Source: an uncultured virus (IMG/VR IMGVR_UViG_3300034683_000137) (taxonomy: Duplodnaviria > Heunggongvirae > Uroviricota > Caudoviricetes). From it: a stretch of 64,000 nt of DNA. Below the pieces are notes generated by a model. It was given only the letters and a program-made list of their open reading frames with translations, had not been told where the DNA came from and made no database searches. Location of the stretch: IMG/VR virus record IMGVR_UViG_3300034683_000137; one strand, given 5' to 3'. This document shows, in pieces, positions 10,222 to 19,336 of this stretch. Numbering within the stretch: position 1 is the stretch's first letter; the number at the start of each line of letters is the position of its first letter. The position numbers and the translations under genes are program-made.

Positions 10222-11535
10222 CTAAGCGTAAGCGAAAGTGGAGGATGAATCGGTTATCCAATTGTTGTTTCTACACGCCAATCGAATTTTTTCTGTGCTA
10301 ATTTGCTTATATTTAGATGTTGTTTGTAAATAATTGCCTTGTATATCTTGCACATATACCCAATTACCAGCGAATCCCGATATAAAACCAATCTTATTTA
10401 TTTCTGGTATATACACTTTATCCCGCAAGCACCACTTCTTTTCTTTTACAATTATTTCTTTTGTATTTTTGCTATTTCTTTTTGCTTTCCTATTAGGTTC
10501 TTTTCTACCTTTACGCGGTATTTCTTCATGCAAATTACGTTTCTTTTTGCGTACTTGCTTTATATAATATATATTATCGCTATACTTCATTGGTTTTATA
10601 TTTGCAATTACTACTGCATCGTTTATATGCGACTTTTCTATATTCCACTCTTTACGCTTTCTGCGTGTGTATAGTCCAAAAGTATACTGCGTTGGTATTA
10701 TTTCTTGTAGTTTAGGCACAAGATAATCTTTAAGAACATTCATAAATGCCGTTTCCTGAAATTGCTTTATCTTAGGTAGATTTTTACCTGTAAATTCTTT
10801 GTATTCCATGTTGCCTTTTGCTTTATTATGTGCTTCACAACTACATACCAAATTGCTTGGATTATTGCTACCACCCTTGCTTCTTGGTATAATATGGTCT
10901 ACTTCAAGAATATCATTGCAAGGTATGTCTGGTCTTAATTTTGCATAATGACAAGTAAAATTATCTCTTATTTTTACATATTCTTTTACGCTATCATATC
11001 CATACATTTCTCCCTGTTGATATTCTATACCATTAATATCTGGATTAACTAATGCCTGTGTATCAAATTGCCCTATTTCTACTCTTATTCTGCTTATAGG
11101 TAAAATTTTTACAATATCATTTACTAGTCTTATATGAGCATTAATTCTTGATTGTATACTCGGTGGTAACCATCCTTCTTTCCTTTTTCTATTTAGAAAT
11201 CTAGGTTTTCTATATCTTGTTTTTCTATTACGTCTTGCTTGCCGAAGCCGTTTCCTTGTTTCAATATTTTCTTTTATATCTTGCCTTAATTCTGCTTCGG
11301 CACGATAAAGCACATTACCTTGTTCAGTTATAACTGCTATTCCTATATGTTTACTTCCTGCGTCAATTCCTAATATACAATCTTGCACTTGGTTTTCACA
11401 CTCAAATAATAATTGAATTGTAAATGGTTCATATTTTACTATTTTAGCCTTCTTGTTTTTCAGCAATTTTCTTGCCTTAGCAGGCTTGCAAGGCATTAAA
11501 GGTTTCCCATCAACTGAAATAACATATACTAACAT
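10222..11535 (-). CDS. iscB: RNA-guided endonuclease IscB
   Basis: GKPLMP, RuvC-I GIDAGSK, Arg-rich RRNRKTRYRKPRFLNR, RuvC-II VEIGQFD, HNH EVDHIIPRSKGGSN...HN, RuvC-III SHINDA. Confidence 0.95.
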   Translation of the reverse strand: MLVYVISVDGKPLMPCKPAKARKLLKNKKAKIVKYEPFTIQLLFECENQVQDCILGIDAGSKHIGIAVITEQGNVLYRAEAELRQDIKENIETRKRLRQARRNRKTRYRKPRFLNRKRKEGWLPPSIQSRINAHIRLVNDIVKILPISRIRVEIGQFDTQALVNPDINGIEYQQGEMYGYDSVKEYVKIRDNFTCHYAKLRPDIPCNDILEVDHIIPRSKGGSNNPSNLVCSCEAHNKAKGNMEYKEFTGKNLPKIKQFQETAFMNVLKDYLVPKLQEIIPTQYTFGLYTRRKRKEWNIEKSHINDAVVIANIKPMKYSDNIYYIKQVRKKKRNLHEEIPRKGRKEPNRKAKRNSKNTKEIIVKEKKWCLRDKVYIPEINKIGFISGFAGNWVYVQDIQGNYLQTTSKYKQISTEKIRLACRNNNWITDSSSTFAYA

Positions 11536-11544
11536 TTGGCTTTA

Positions 11545-11779
11545 AGCCCTCCTTTCGGAGTTATTTGCCCATCCCCAATGTTGGAATAACTTTGCAGTAT
11601 AACTGCCAATTGTGGTTGACCGTTCCTACCCATCAGAACTTTTACAGAGCCACCTTAGAGCCTGAAACTTGGGCATCATTTCAGGGTAAGATAATTATTC
11701 CAACGTAGTCAGTTAAGACTTAGGGTAGTCAACTAAGGCTTTTCCAAGCCTCCGCTTCTATAAGCGGTGGGTAGTTGAC
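11545..11779 (-). ncRNA. IscB omega-RNA (HEARO-like) scaffold
   Basis: ~235-nt structured leader of iscB: GTCAACTACCCACCGC...GTTGACTACCCTAAG...CTACGTT...AACATTGGGGATGGG. Confidence 0.85.
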
Positions 11780-12927
11780 TTATTGTCATTTTGTAATAAT
11801 GCATTTAAATCAGAAATACCATCTTCTTCATCTGCTTCTTCAGAATCATCAAGATCAACAACTGTAGTATCTAGAATTGTAGATTTTAAAAGTTCTTCTT
11901 TATAGGTATAATACAATTCATCAAATTTCTGTCTAAATGTCTCATTTGTATTATACATATTAAGGATATCACTTTTTCTAAACTTAACATCTGGATAATT
12001 ATCTAAATACTGCCACGCTGTACCTTTTATACCTTTATATTGTCTTATTAGATACTCTCTAGTCCAAAAATCATTATAACCACGTATATAATCTAAGACT
12101 ATATTAATTTTAATGTTTGGTCTAAACAACTTATTCTTTATCAATTTAACTTCAGATATAACACCTGAGAATCCATAAACATCTATATCTACATCTTCCT
12201 TTGGTCTCATATAGATGATCTGAAATGGATGAAAACGCATCACATTTCCACCAGTTATTCTTTTATCACCTAATCCTTTCAAATCAGGAGAGTTAGATGC
12301 AAATGGATTCATACTTATCTTATCTCTCAATTGAGATATAACTATAAATGTCATTTTATACTTATTAGCAACATTTACCAGTTTAGGGATAACTAATGAT
12401 AACATGTTTGACTTTTGTCCAAGTACTTTAGATGGATCATCATTTGCTGCTAACTGTTTATTTGTCATGGTAGCAGATTCACTATCCCATACCACAAAGA
12501 AAGGATCATTAATATCCTTATATTTTTTATTTTCTCTATATGCTGTTGCCTTAGATATTATCTTACTAACCTTTTCTACTGTAAGATCTTGGGAAATGAG
12601 AATAGTCCTATCAGTATCAACATCAAATTCTTCCAATCTCTTCTTTCCCATAGACTGCTCAGCATCAAGATATAAAGCAAGAGCATTTTTATATCTCTTT
12701 TGCAAAGATGATATCATACTTATTGCTAAGCTTGTCTTTCCACCACCAGGAGCACCTGTTATAAGCACCAACTTACCAACAGGTATTCCACCACCCAATA
12801 TAGTATCAAATAGATCTATACCAGTTGGTATGGTTTCAATATCTTCATTAAAACTAATATCCTCAACAGTCTCTTTCAAATCCTCTTCAATCTCTTTTAC
12901 CAGTTCATAAATATCACTCATAATCAT
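11758..12927 (-). CDS. recA: RecA/UvsX-like recombinase
   Basis: IPTG..LFDTILGGGIPVG, GAPGGGKT, YLDAEQS, VWDS, ISQLRDKI, TGGNVMRF; C-terminal STTHRL is encoded by the IS end. Confidence 0.92.
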   Translation of the reverse strand: MIMSDIYELVKEIEEDLKETVEDISFNEDIETIPTGIDLFDTILGGGIPVGKLVLITGAPGGGKTSLAISMISSLQKRYKNALALYLDAEQSMGKKRLEEFDVDTDRTILISQDLTVEKVSKIISKATAYRENKKYKDINDPFFVVWDSESATMTNKQLAANDDPSKVLGQKSNMLSLVIPKLVNVANKYKMTFIVISQLRDKISMNPFASNSPDLKGLGDKRITGGNVMRFHPFQIIYMRPKEDVDIDVYGFSGVISEVKLIKNKLFRPNIKINIVLDYIRGYNDFWTREYLIRQYKGIKGTAWQYLDNYPDVKFRKSDILNMYNTNETFRQKFDELYYTYKEELLKSTILDTTVVDLDDSEEADEEDGISDLNALLQNDNKSTTHRL

Positions 12928-12951
12928 ACACCCCTTCTAAATAATAATTAT

Positions 12952-13227
12952 TTAATTATCTATTTCATCTTTATACAAAAACTTCTCTATTAATGATTCT
13001 ATTTCCAGTTGGCTTTCATCTTCCATTTTTTTAAGTCTAGTATAATAATCTGGCAACTCATCTAAATGATCTTTAGCAATACTTTTTGCTAGTTCTTCTT
13101 GATCAGTATGTTCTTTCTCTATTTCAATTCCAGCTTTTAGTTCTTCTGGATCATACATATCATCTGGTCTATTGTCCTGCCCTATAATTTTAATTGTATA
13201 ACCATCTATTTTATCCACGATTATCAC
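12952..13227 (-). CDS. DUF5661-like small phage protein
   Basis: ELKAGIEIEKEHT...IAKDHLDELPDYYTRL. Confidence 0.75.
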   Translation of the reverse strand: MIIVDKIDGYTIKIIGQDNRPDDMYDPEELKAGIEIEKEHTDQEELAKSIAKDHLDELPDYYTRLKKMEDESQLEIESLIEKFLYKDEIDN

Positions 13228-13457
13228 TCCCTTAATAATTGTCTGCCAGATTGCTTTGGTTTAAATGATATATGCTCTTGAGATGACATGTAAACTATTT
13301 TCGATTTAGGTATACATATGCTAAATGCAGTTGATGTATCATCCTTTGTAGATACAACAGCATCATCAAGATAAATGAAATCTCTATCTCTTTTAGCTAA
13401 TGTTCCAACAACAACATCCCCATTATCCAATCTTATTGTAAGTACTGCATTATTCAT
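13224..13457 (-). CDS. Sm/LSm/Hfq-fold-like small protein
   Basis: VLTIRLDNGDVVVGTLAKRDRDFIYLDDAV (Sm1-like) and ICIPKSKIVYM (Sm2-like); SD GGAGG. Confidence 0.55.
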   Translation of the reverse strand: MNNAVLTIRLDNGDVVVGTLAKRDRDFIYLDDAVVSTKDDTSTAFSICIPKSKIVYMSSQEHISFKPKQSGRQLLRE

Positions 13458-13854
13458 TATCATTACCTCCATCATCTGGATCTGGTGTTGCAAAAACCAT
13501 TCTTTTTAATTCACTCAATTTCTCAAAATTCAATTCATATGGTGTTTCTTCATCTTCAGAACTTGGAATATATTTAGCTGTTATCTCTATAGTCTTTTCA
13601 TGTGAACGTATTATCCTATCATGTATATCTAATTCAGTTTTAAATAAAGAAGATAATGTATCTAATATCTCTTTAGTCGAATAAAAGTTAGGTAGATTCT
13701 TAGCACTATTCTTAATATAACCTAATACTCTATTTTGAACTTCTGTTCTTACATCCTTAATTTCTTCACATAGTTCAGCTAATTTATTTCTTTCTTCTAT
13801 TATAGAATTAAGACTTTCTATAGATTTAGCATATTTGGAATTTTTCTCATCCAC
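13450..13854 (-). CDS. helical hypothetical protein (possible terminase small subunit)
   Basis: 134-aa coiled/helical ORF; function is a guess. Confidence 0.35.
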   Translation of the reverse strand: MDEKNSKYAKSIESLNSIIEERNKLAELCEEIKDVRTEVQNRVLGYIKNSAKNLPNFYSTKEILDTLSSLFKTELDIHDRIIRSHEKTIEITAKYIPSSEDEETPYELNFEKLSELKRMVFATPDPDDGGNDNE

Positions 13855-13938
13855 TTATCATACCCTCCAGTATTGTGGCTTTATACTATCCTTACTACTA
13901 ACGTTTGTCAAGATATTTTCTTTTAAATATCAGCCCAA

Positions 13939-14412
13939 TCATATCATATCTTTTAATTCATTTAATACATCTTTAAATAGATATAAGTATAATATATTGT
14001 TATTATATGTGTTAGCACATACAACTTTTACTGGAATATTTAACTCATACCACGTTAAAACATAAATATCATAATATGGTTTAGAGAATACTACACCTGC
14101 AAATATGGGATCTCTATTAAATTTATGTTTATACTTATTATACGCTTCATATAATTCATCCAAGAAAGATAGAAATTTAGAACCAACTGTTGGCCATATA
14201 GATCTCATATCCCAATCATTATGGAACTTGCACTCTATAATTATACCATATTTTTCAGGATTGGAAAAATAAATATCTCCAAACTCAAGACGTTCATTAC
14301 CTGAAAATGGAGATCGTTTACATTGATATTCATCAAGATTCAAACCTTCACATATGAGAGATGCTATCTTAGATTCAAAATATTTACCTTTGGCTTTCTG
14401 CTTAGATGTCAC
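13939..14412 (-). CDS. Holliday junction resolvase-like PD-(D/E)XK nuclease
   Basis: KAKGKYFESKIA...GDIYF...IIIECKF. Confidence 0.8.
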   Translation of the reverse strand: MTSKQKAKGKYFESKIASLICEGLNLDEYQCKRSPFSGNERLEFGDIYFSNPEKYGIIIECKFHNDWDMRSIWPTVGSKFLSFLDELYEAYNKYKHKFNRDPIFAGVVFSKPYYDIYVLTWYELNIPVKVVCANTYNNNILYLYLFKDVLNELKDMI

Positions 14413-14435
14413 TAAGAATCACCTTCAATTATTGA

Positions 14436-15149
14436 TTAGTAAACATCTATTAGTATATTAGGTGGCAAACTCTCAAGTCTAGATATAACATTTTGTTCTA
14501 GTGTCTCAGCTCTTTCTCTCAAATCAGCATTGAGTGGAATATCACCAAATGGAGTTGTTATAGTCTGATATTTATTACGTATATTGCCACAAATTGTCAT
14601 AATATGTGCTAGTGATAATACTAGAAAATCTATTTCAAATTCAGCTGGGATAGTAGCTAAATGCTCAGGATGTACTCTTTCATATTTAACTATAAAAGAT
14701 GAAGGTGGTTCTCTATGTGGATATACTCTTATTATATTAGGGGGTATATACATAAATGTTCTAGCTGCTCCTGAGAATATCATTGCTGTTTCTGCTCGTT
14801 CTATTCCTTCAACATATGCAATAACTTCTTCTTCATTAGCTAATGTATATGTATAAGGATATCTATGCACCAAATAATCTGTTTCTTCATAATGCACAGC
14901 CACTACGTTTAATATAGAGCATCCATCAGGATCAAATATATAATACATGTTTGATCCTGGTGATACCAAATACTGAGGAATATTAGGATTTACTGTAACC
15001 CAATTAACATTTGGAACATATTTGGAAAATTTTGGTAAAACAAACATCTTTATTTCCATCTCTATATCATTATCAGATAATTCTATGCCAACATATGGAA
15101 AACCTAATTGTCTTTTTATATAATATAAGACTTTCTGCATTGAAAGCAT
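14436..15149 (-). CDS. neck protein (T4 gp13-like)
   Basis: YIKRQLGFPYVGIELSDNDI N-terminal motif; GNIRNKY...PFGDIPLN. Confidence 0.75.
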   Translation of the reverse strand: MLSMQKVLYYIKRQLGFPYVGIELSDNDIEMEIKMFVLPKFSKYVPNVNWVTVNPNIPQYLVSPGSNMYYIFDPDGCSILNVVAVHYEETDYLVHRYPYTYTLANEEEVIAYVEGIERAETAMIFSGAARTFMYIPPNIIRVYPHREPPSSFIVKYERVHPEHLATIPAEFEIDFLVLSLAHIMTICGNIRNKYQTITTPFGDIPLNADLRERAETLEQNVISRLESLPPNILIDVY

Positions 15150-15155
15150 CTTATT

Positions 15156-16190
15156 CTATACTCCTCCCCACATTTGATGTATCTTGTCTATAAATAACAT
15201 TGTCTCTCCAAAGGATAATTTCTTTTGCTGATCTAATTTATTGAACTCATTAAAAACTGATAATGGCATTGAATTAATAATCTCGTCAAAACACATCAAC
15301 TTATAATTACGTTCAATTATGTCCCAATTATCTAACATCTTATGAGCTATATCAGTATCCATTAGTTCTATTATCTCTCTTAAAACTTTAATATTGTTAA
15401 TTGGTTCTTTAATTTGATTTAAGAATGCAAATGTTTTCTTAAAACCATATCCTTTAATACCAGGCACATCATCACTCTTATCTCCAGCTATACATTTAAC
15501 ATAAATATAATTTTCTATTGGAAATGCTGGATCTATGTCAACCTGTTTTTCAAATTTAGTATACCAATTAGTATGATCATAAAAGCATTTATTATTTTTT
15601 GAGTTTCTATAAAATATCTTAGTGTTTTTAAACTTTAAAGTCTGAAACATATCAGTATCTCTTGAGTAAATTATATTAATATATTTATCATCGTTAAACT
15701 CTGTTTTTATTAAATAATGTGCTGCAAAATCACTTTCAAAATGCGATAAATTTATACTATGATTATTATACATTTTCTTGGATGCTTTATGTATTGCTTC
15801 AAAATTTTGTCTTATAACTTTCTTTACTGTATCTGTTTCTAATTCTGATACAGTATTAAACTTTGTAATTACTCTGTTTTTCTTATAATCACTATATATG
15901 CTTCTATGATATACAGAATCACCAGAATCAGATATATGAAACAAATTCATATTTATATTGTTTTTATGCATATATTTAAAATGAAAGAGCACAAAATCTA
16001 ACCATGACATAAATATATCTGTTATTGGTTGTTTAGAACCTCTATTTACATCTATAGCTGCCTGTACGGCTTCCTTTATAAATAACCCTGTCAAACAGTT
16101 CTTGAGATCTACAAATATGTTAACTTGTTTGGAAGGATCTATAACAGAATCCAAATCAGACCAAGATGGATAATATCCTATGAAGATCAT
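15156..16190 (-). CDS. 5'-3' exonuclease / RNase H (FEN family)
   Basis: YKKNR, FESDF, YSRDTDMFQ, GDKSDDVPGIKGYG. Confidence 0.88.
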   Translation of the reverse strand: MIFIGYYPSWSDLDSVIDPSKQVNIFVDLKNCLTGLFIKEAVQAAIDVNRGSKQPITDIFMSWLDFVLFHFKYMHKNNINMNLFHISDSGDSVYHRSIYSDYKKNRVITKFNTVSELETDTVKKVIRQNFEAIHKASKKMYNNHSINLSHFESDFAAHYLIKTEFNDDKYINIIYSRDTDMFQTLKFKNTKIFYRNSKNNKCFYDHTNWYTKFEKQVDIDPAFPIENYIYVKCIAGDKSDDVPGIKGYGFKKTFAFLNQIKEPINNIKVLREIIELMDTDIAHKMLDNWDIIERNYKLMCFDEIINSMPLSVFNEFNKLDQQKKLSFGETMLFIDKIHQMWGGV

Positions 16191-16205
16191 TGTATGCTCA
16201 ACTCC

Positions 16206-16937
16206 CTATCGTATTCTGGTACGCTGGTATATATCTATGTTAATGACATCTGAAAACTTAATACTAACTAGAGTGATAGCTATATTGGTGTTTTCATCAT
16301 AAAAGATTGAAAGCATGGGGTCTGTTTTTGTTGGTATATTTAAAAAACAAGCATTATTTAACTTAAGTGAGTATGGTTCTGTAATAACTACACTACCTCC
16401 ATAGGGAAGTGTAAATACAGTCATGGTTATGTTTTTGGCTGTATCTGTTAATAATGCAGATATGTTATCAGAGGATATATTGAATTCTATATTTTGGGTA
16501 TTTACAACATCAGATATCTTCTTTATTTTCTTCAATATATAATCATCTAATTTATATGTTAAAAAGTAAGATTCTGGATTATATGATGTCATAAGTTGTT
16601 CATCATATCTGTTTGTCAATATAGAATCTTGTGGGATTCTTATTTCTAATGTAGATGATTTATCGCTTAAATAATAGGATTTCTCATCTTTAGTTAATGT
16701 GACTTCTTCAGCATCAGAAAATACTGATAACATATTATTTGTCTTTTGTAAATTTGATAGTCTTAATTCATCAATATCAGCATTAAATATACTTGATAAA
16801 TCAGCATCAATGACAAACAGACTATTATTACTCTTTTGATGTATCTTTGCATTTTTAATATGAAGATCATCACAATAACCTTTAATGAATCCACACAATG
16901 AAATAAATTGTTTAAAATCTTCTTTGGAAAAGATCAT
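16206..16937 (-). CDS. sliding clamp-like protein
   Basis: 243 aa, alpha/beta pattern of clamps, next to primase and clamp loader. Confidence 0.55.
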   Translation of the reverse strand: MIFSKEDFKQFISLCGFIKGYCDDLHIKNAKIHQKSNNSLFVIDADLSSIFNADIDELRLSNLQKTNNMLSVFSDAEEVTLTKDEKSYYLSDKSSTLEIRIPQDSILTNRYDEQLMTSYNPESYFLTYKLDDYILKKIKKISDVVNTQNIEFNISSDNISALLTDTAKNITMTVFTLPYGGSVVITEPYSLKLNNACFLNIPTKTDPMLSIFYDENTNIAITLVSIKFSDVINIDIYQRTRIR

Positions 16938-16970
16938 TTATATCACACTCCTGTATATTATAATGATTAA

Positions 16971-17870
16971 TTATATTTCTAAACTAATATATGGATCAAC
17001 TTTATCATATTGTCCAAAATCTTTATCAATTTTATTTCGCACTACTTTAACGTTATTATAATTTAATCCAGTTAAATAATTGTTATCATCTTTATCGTTG
17101 TCAGCTACAATTATTATATTGGGATAATTACATAGTGTCAAAGACTTTATTAATTTATAGGTATTAGAAAACGTACTAGTAAGTGCAGCTGCAAAGATAG
17201 CATCATCAGGGATATCAATATATCTATGTATGTAAACATTGAGTATATCAAATATACCTTCTGCTATTACAACAGTTTTATGCTGTCTGAATTTAAATAT
17301 ATCAATTGTATTATTAACAATAAAAGTATCATTCCCATCAGCAAGGGAATAATTATAATATCTAAATAACTTATCATCATTCAATACTCTAAATATCATT
17401 TTCTTTTTGTAATAAGTTAAAAAACAAATACCCTTCTCAAAAACAATATCTTTTAACTTATTTTGAACTATATCAACATAAGTTTTATATGAGAGTATGT
17501 TATATTCTGGAAGAATAGTATCTACTCCAAGTCTTTGCTTAATGTATTCGTATATAAACTCTTCATATTGTTCATCATTTATATTAAAGGATAAATTTGA
17601 AGTTGATGTAATACTTCTATCTGATGATACATTGTCATAATAGTCTTCAATATTAAGATCATCTTGTAAACCTATCTCTCTTATTAAATATGATAAATGG
17701 CCACCAGTACCACAGCGTACACATCTAAAGACAGGTTTATCTATAGCAATATATAGATGACCATGTGTGGTATCTTTTGAATCTCCACAAAATGGACATC
17801 TAAATATATGGTGCCTTGTATTTGATTTAATATAAGTTAATTTAGTTTTTAATATATCTTTTAATTGCAT
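16971..17870 (-). CDS. DNA primase (gp61-like)
   Basis: Zn finger CPFCGDS...CVRCG; TOPRIM AEGIFD and ADND. Confidence 0.88.
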   Translation of the reverse strand: MQLKDILKTKLTYIKSNTRHHIFRCPFCGDSKDTTHGHLYIAIDKPVFRCVRCGTGGHLSYLIREIGLQDDLNIEDYYDNVSSDRSITSTSNLSFNINDEQYEEFIYEYIKQRLGVDTILPEYNILSYKTYVDIVQNKLKDIVFEKGICFLTYYKKKMIFRVLNDDKLFRYYNYSLADGNDTFIVNNTIDIFKFRQHKTVVIAEGIFDILNVYIHRYIDIPDDAIFAAALTSTFSNTYKLIKSLTLCNYPNIIIVADNDKDDNNYLTGLNYNNVKVVRNKIDKDFGQYDKVDPYISLEI

Positions 17871-18820
17871 GATAATTTACCAATTTTTTGATTGAATAAT
17901 ATACATTCATATATCATTGCTATAAAATGTGCTACCTTATCTATTACATTATTAAAGGTATTCATGTATCTGTTCAAAACAATATAACTTGATAATGAAA
18001 CATCCTTTTCGTTAAGAATATATCTGATGACTTCTATTGGATTCACTTCTGAAGTATGCATTATATTTCTAATTTGAGTTATATTGTATTTAAGTTGGTC
18101 TATATTATTATTTTCTATTGTATTAAATACCAATTCTGCAAGGGTAGAAATTGATTCTATACCAGTAGAAAATGAAAACACATTATTTATACACATTGAT
18201 TGGAGATTATTTATAACTGCTCTAAAATCAGGATAATAGTAGTCTACAAGATTTACAAGATCTTCTTCCTCATATGAGATATTTTCATTACCTAATATAT
18301 ATCTGATCTTATCAATCATGATACTCTTTGGAATACTAGTAAACTCAAATACAGCGCATCTTGATTTCATAAAATCAGGTATCTTATTAGCATAATTTGC
18401 TGTAAATATAAATCTAGTGAGATAATCTGTATTTATTTGATCATTTTCAATTGGATTTCTAATGATTAACCAAGCATCGTTAGTTAAATTATCACACTCA
18501 TCCATAACAACTACTTTATATTTTGAAGAATATGGTGGTGTTTTCATAAATTCAATGACAATATCTCTCATACTTTGAATGCCTCTATCATCAGATGCAT
18601 TCAAAAATAATCTATCGTTGTCATTATTGGTAAAATGATTCATTAAGATCAATGCCAATGTTGTCTTACCTGTACCAGGTTTACCAATAAACATACAATG
18701 AGGTATATTGTCTTGCACAATGAAACTATTGACAGCAGTTTTGATTGTATTGTTCAATACAACATCATCTAACTGCTTTGGCCTATATTTAGCCACCCAT
18801 AAATAATTCTGAATATCCAT
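17861..18820 (-). CDS. clamp loader AAA+ subunit (gp44/RFC-like)
   Basis: WVAKYRP, GKPGTGKTT, LNASDDRGI, MDECD, SRC. Confidence 0.92.
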   Translation of the reverse strand: MDIQNYLWVAKYRPKQLDDVVLNNTIKTAVNSFIVQDNIPHCMFIGKPGTGKTTLALILMNHFTNNDNDRLFLNASDDRGIQSMRDIVIEFMKTPPYSSKYKVVVMDECDNLTNDAWLIIRNPIENDQINTDYLTRFIFTANYANKIPDFMKSRCAVFEFTSIPKSIMIDKIRYILGNENISYEEEDLVNLVDYYYPDFRAVINNLQSMCINNVFSFSTGIESISTLAELVFNTIENNNIDQLKYNITQIRNIMHTSEVNPIEVIRYILNEKDVSLSSYIVLNRYMNTFNNVIDKVAHFIAMIYECILFNQKIGKLSCN

Positions 18821-18850
18821 GATAATGATTTACCTCCCAACCAGATATTA

Positions 18851-19318
18851 TTATATATCAATATTACTATAATACCTTTTTATTGCTTCCTTAGGAATAA
18901 TTCTATCACCACGTTCATATTCTTCAAGCCCTATTCTTGCATTAATCCATGGATCTTCTAGACGAACCATATCACTAAGTTCCTGAGGTTCTTTAACTCC
19001 ATAAAATTCACATACTGCATCAATTGTTTCCTTTTGTTCGTCTGTTAATGTATTAAATGATTCTATCATACCTGAATTTACTTCAAATTTTCCTTTAAGT
19101 AATTCATATAACTCTTCAACAACAGGTCCATTAGCCCACGCTTTAATTTCCTCGAAGAAAAGAGGTTCATTATCCCAAGCTAGACTCCATGCTTGTGAAT
19201 AATATACAAGCTTTTGCAACTTCATATTTGGTAATGATTCATACTTTTCTAAAATATATTTGGCTATATCAAAAACAGATATCATTGGGATAATGGCTCC
19301 TTTATTTAATATCATCAA
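18851..19318 (-). CDS. Panacea/SocA-like (DUF4065) antitoxin-domain protein
   Basis: MKLQKLVYYSQAW, AWANGPVV..LY, EDPW. Confidence 0.85.
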   Translation of the reverse strand: MMILNKGAIIPMISVFDIAKYILEKYESLPNMKLQKLVYYSQAWSLAWDNEPLFFEEIKAWANGPVVEELYELLKGKFEVNSGMIESFNTLTDEQKETIDAVCEFYGVKEPQELSDMVRLEDPWINARIGLEEYERGDRIIPKEAIKRYYSNIDI

Positions 19319-19336
19319 TACAAGAATAGCATATAT

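Larger units (their letters stand above)
10196..11779 (-). mobile_element. non-autonomous IS200/IS605-type element carrying omega-RNA and iscB
   Basis: end hairpin TCCTCCACTT...AAGTGGAGGA near 10212-10245; other end ...GCGGTGGGTAGTTGAC at 11779; flanked by TTTAA at 10191-10195; no tnpA. Confidence 0.85.
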
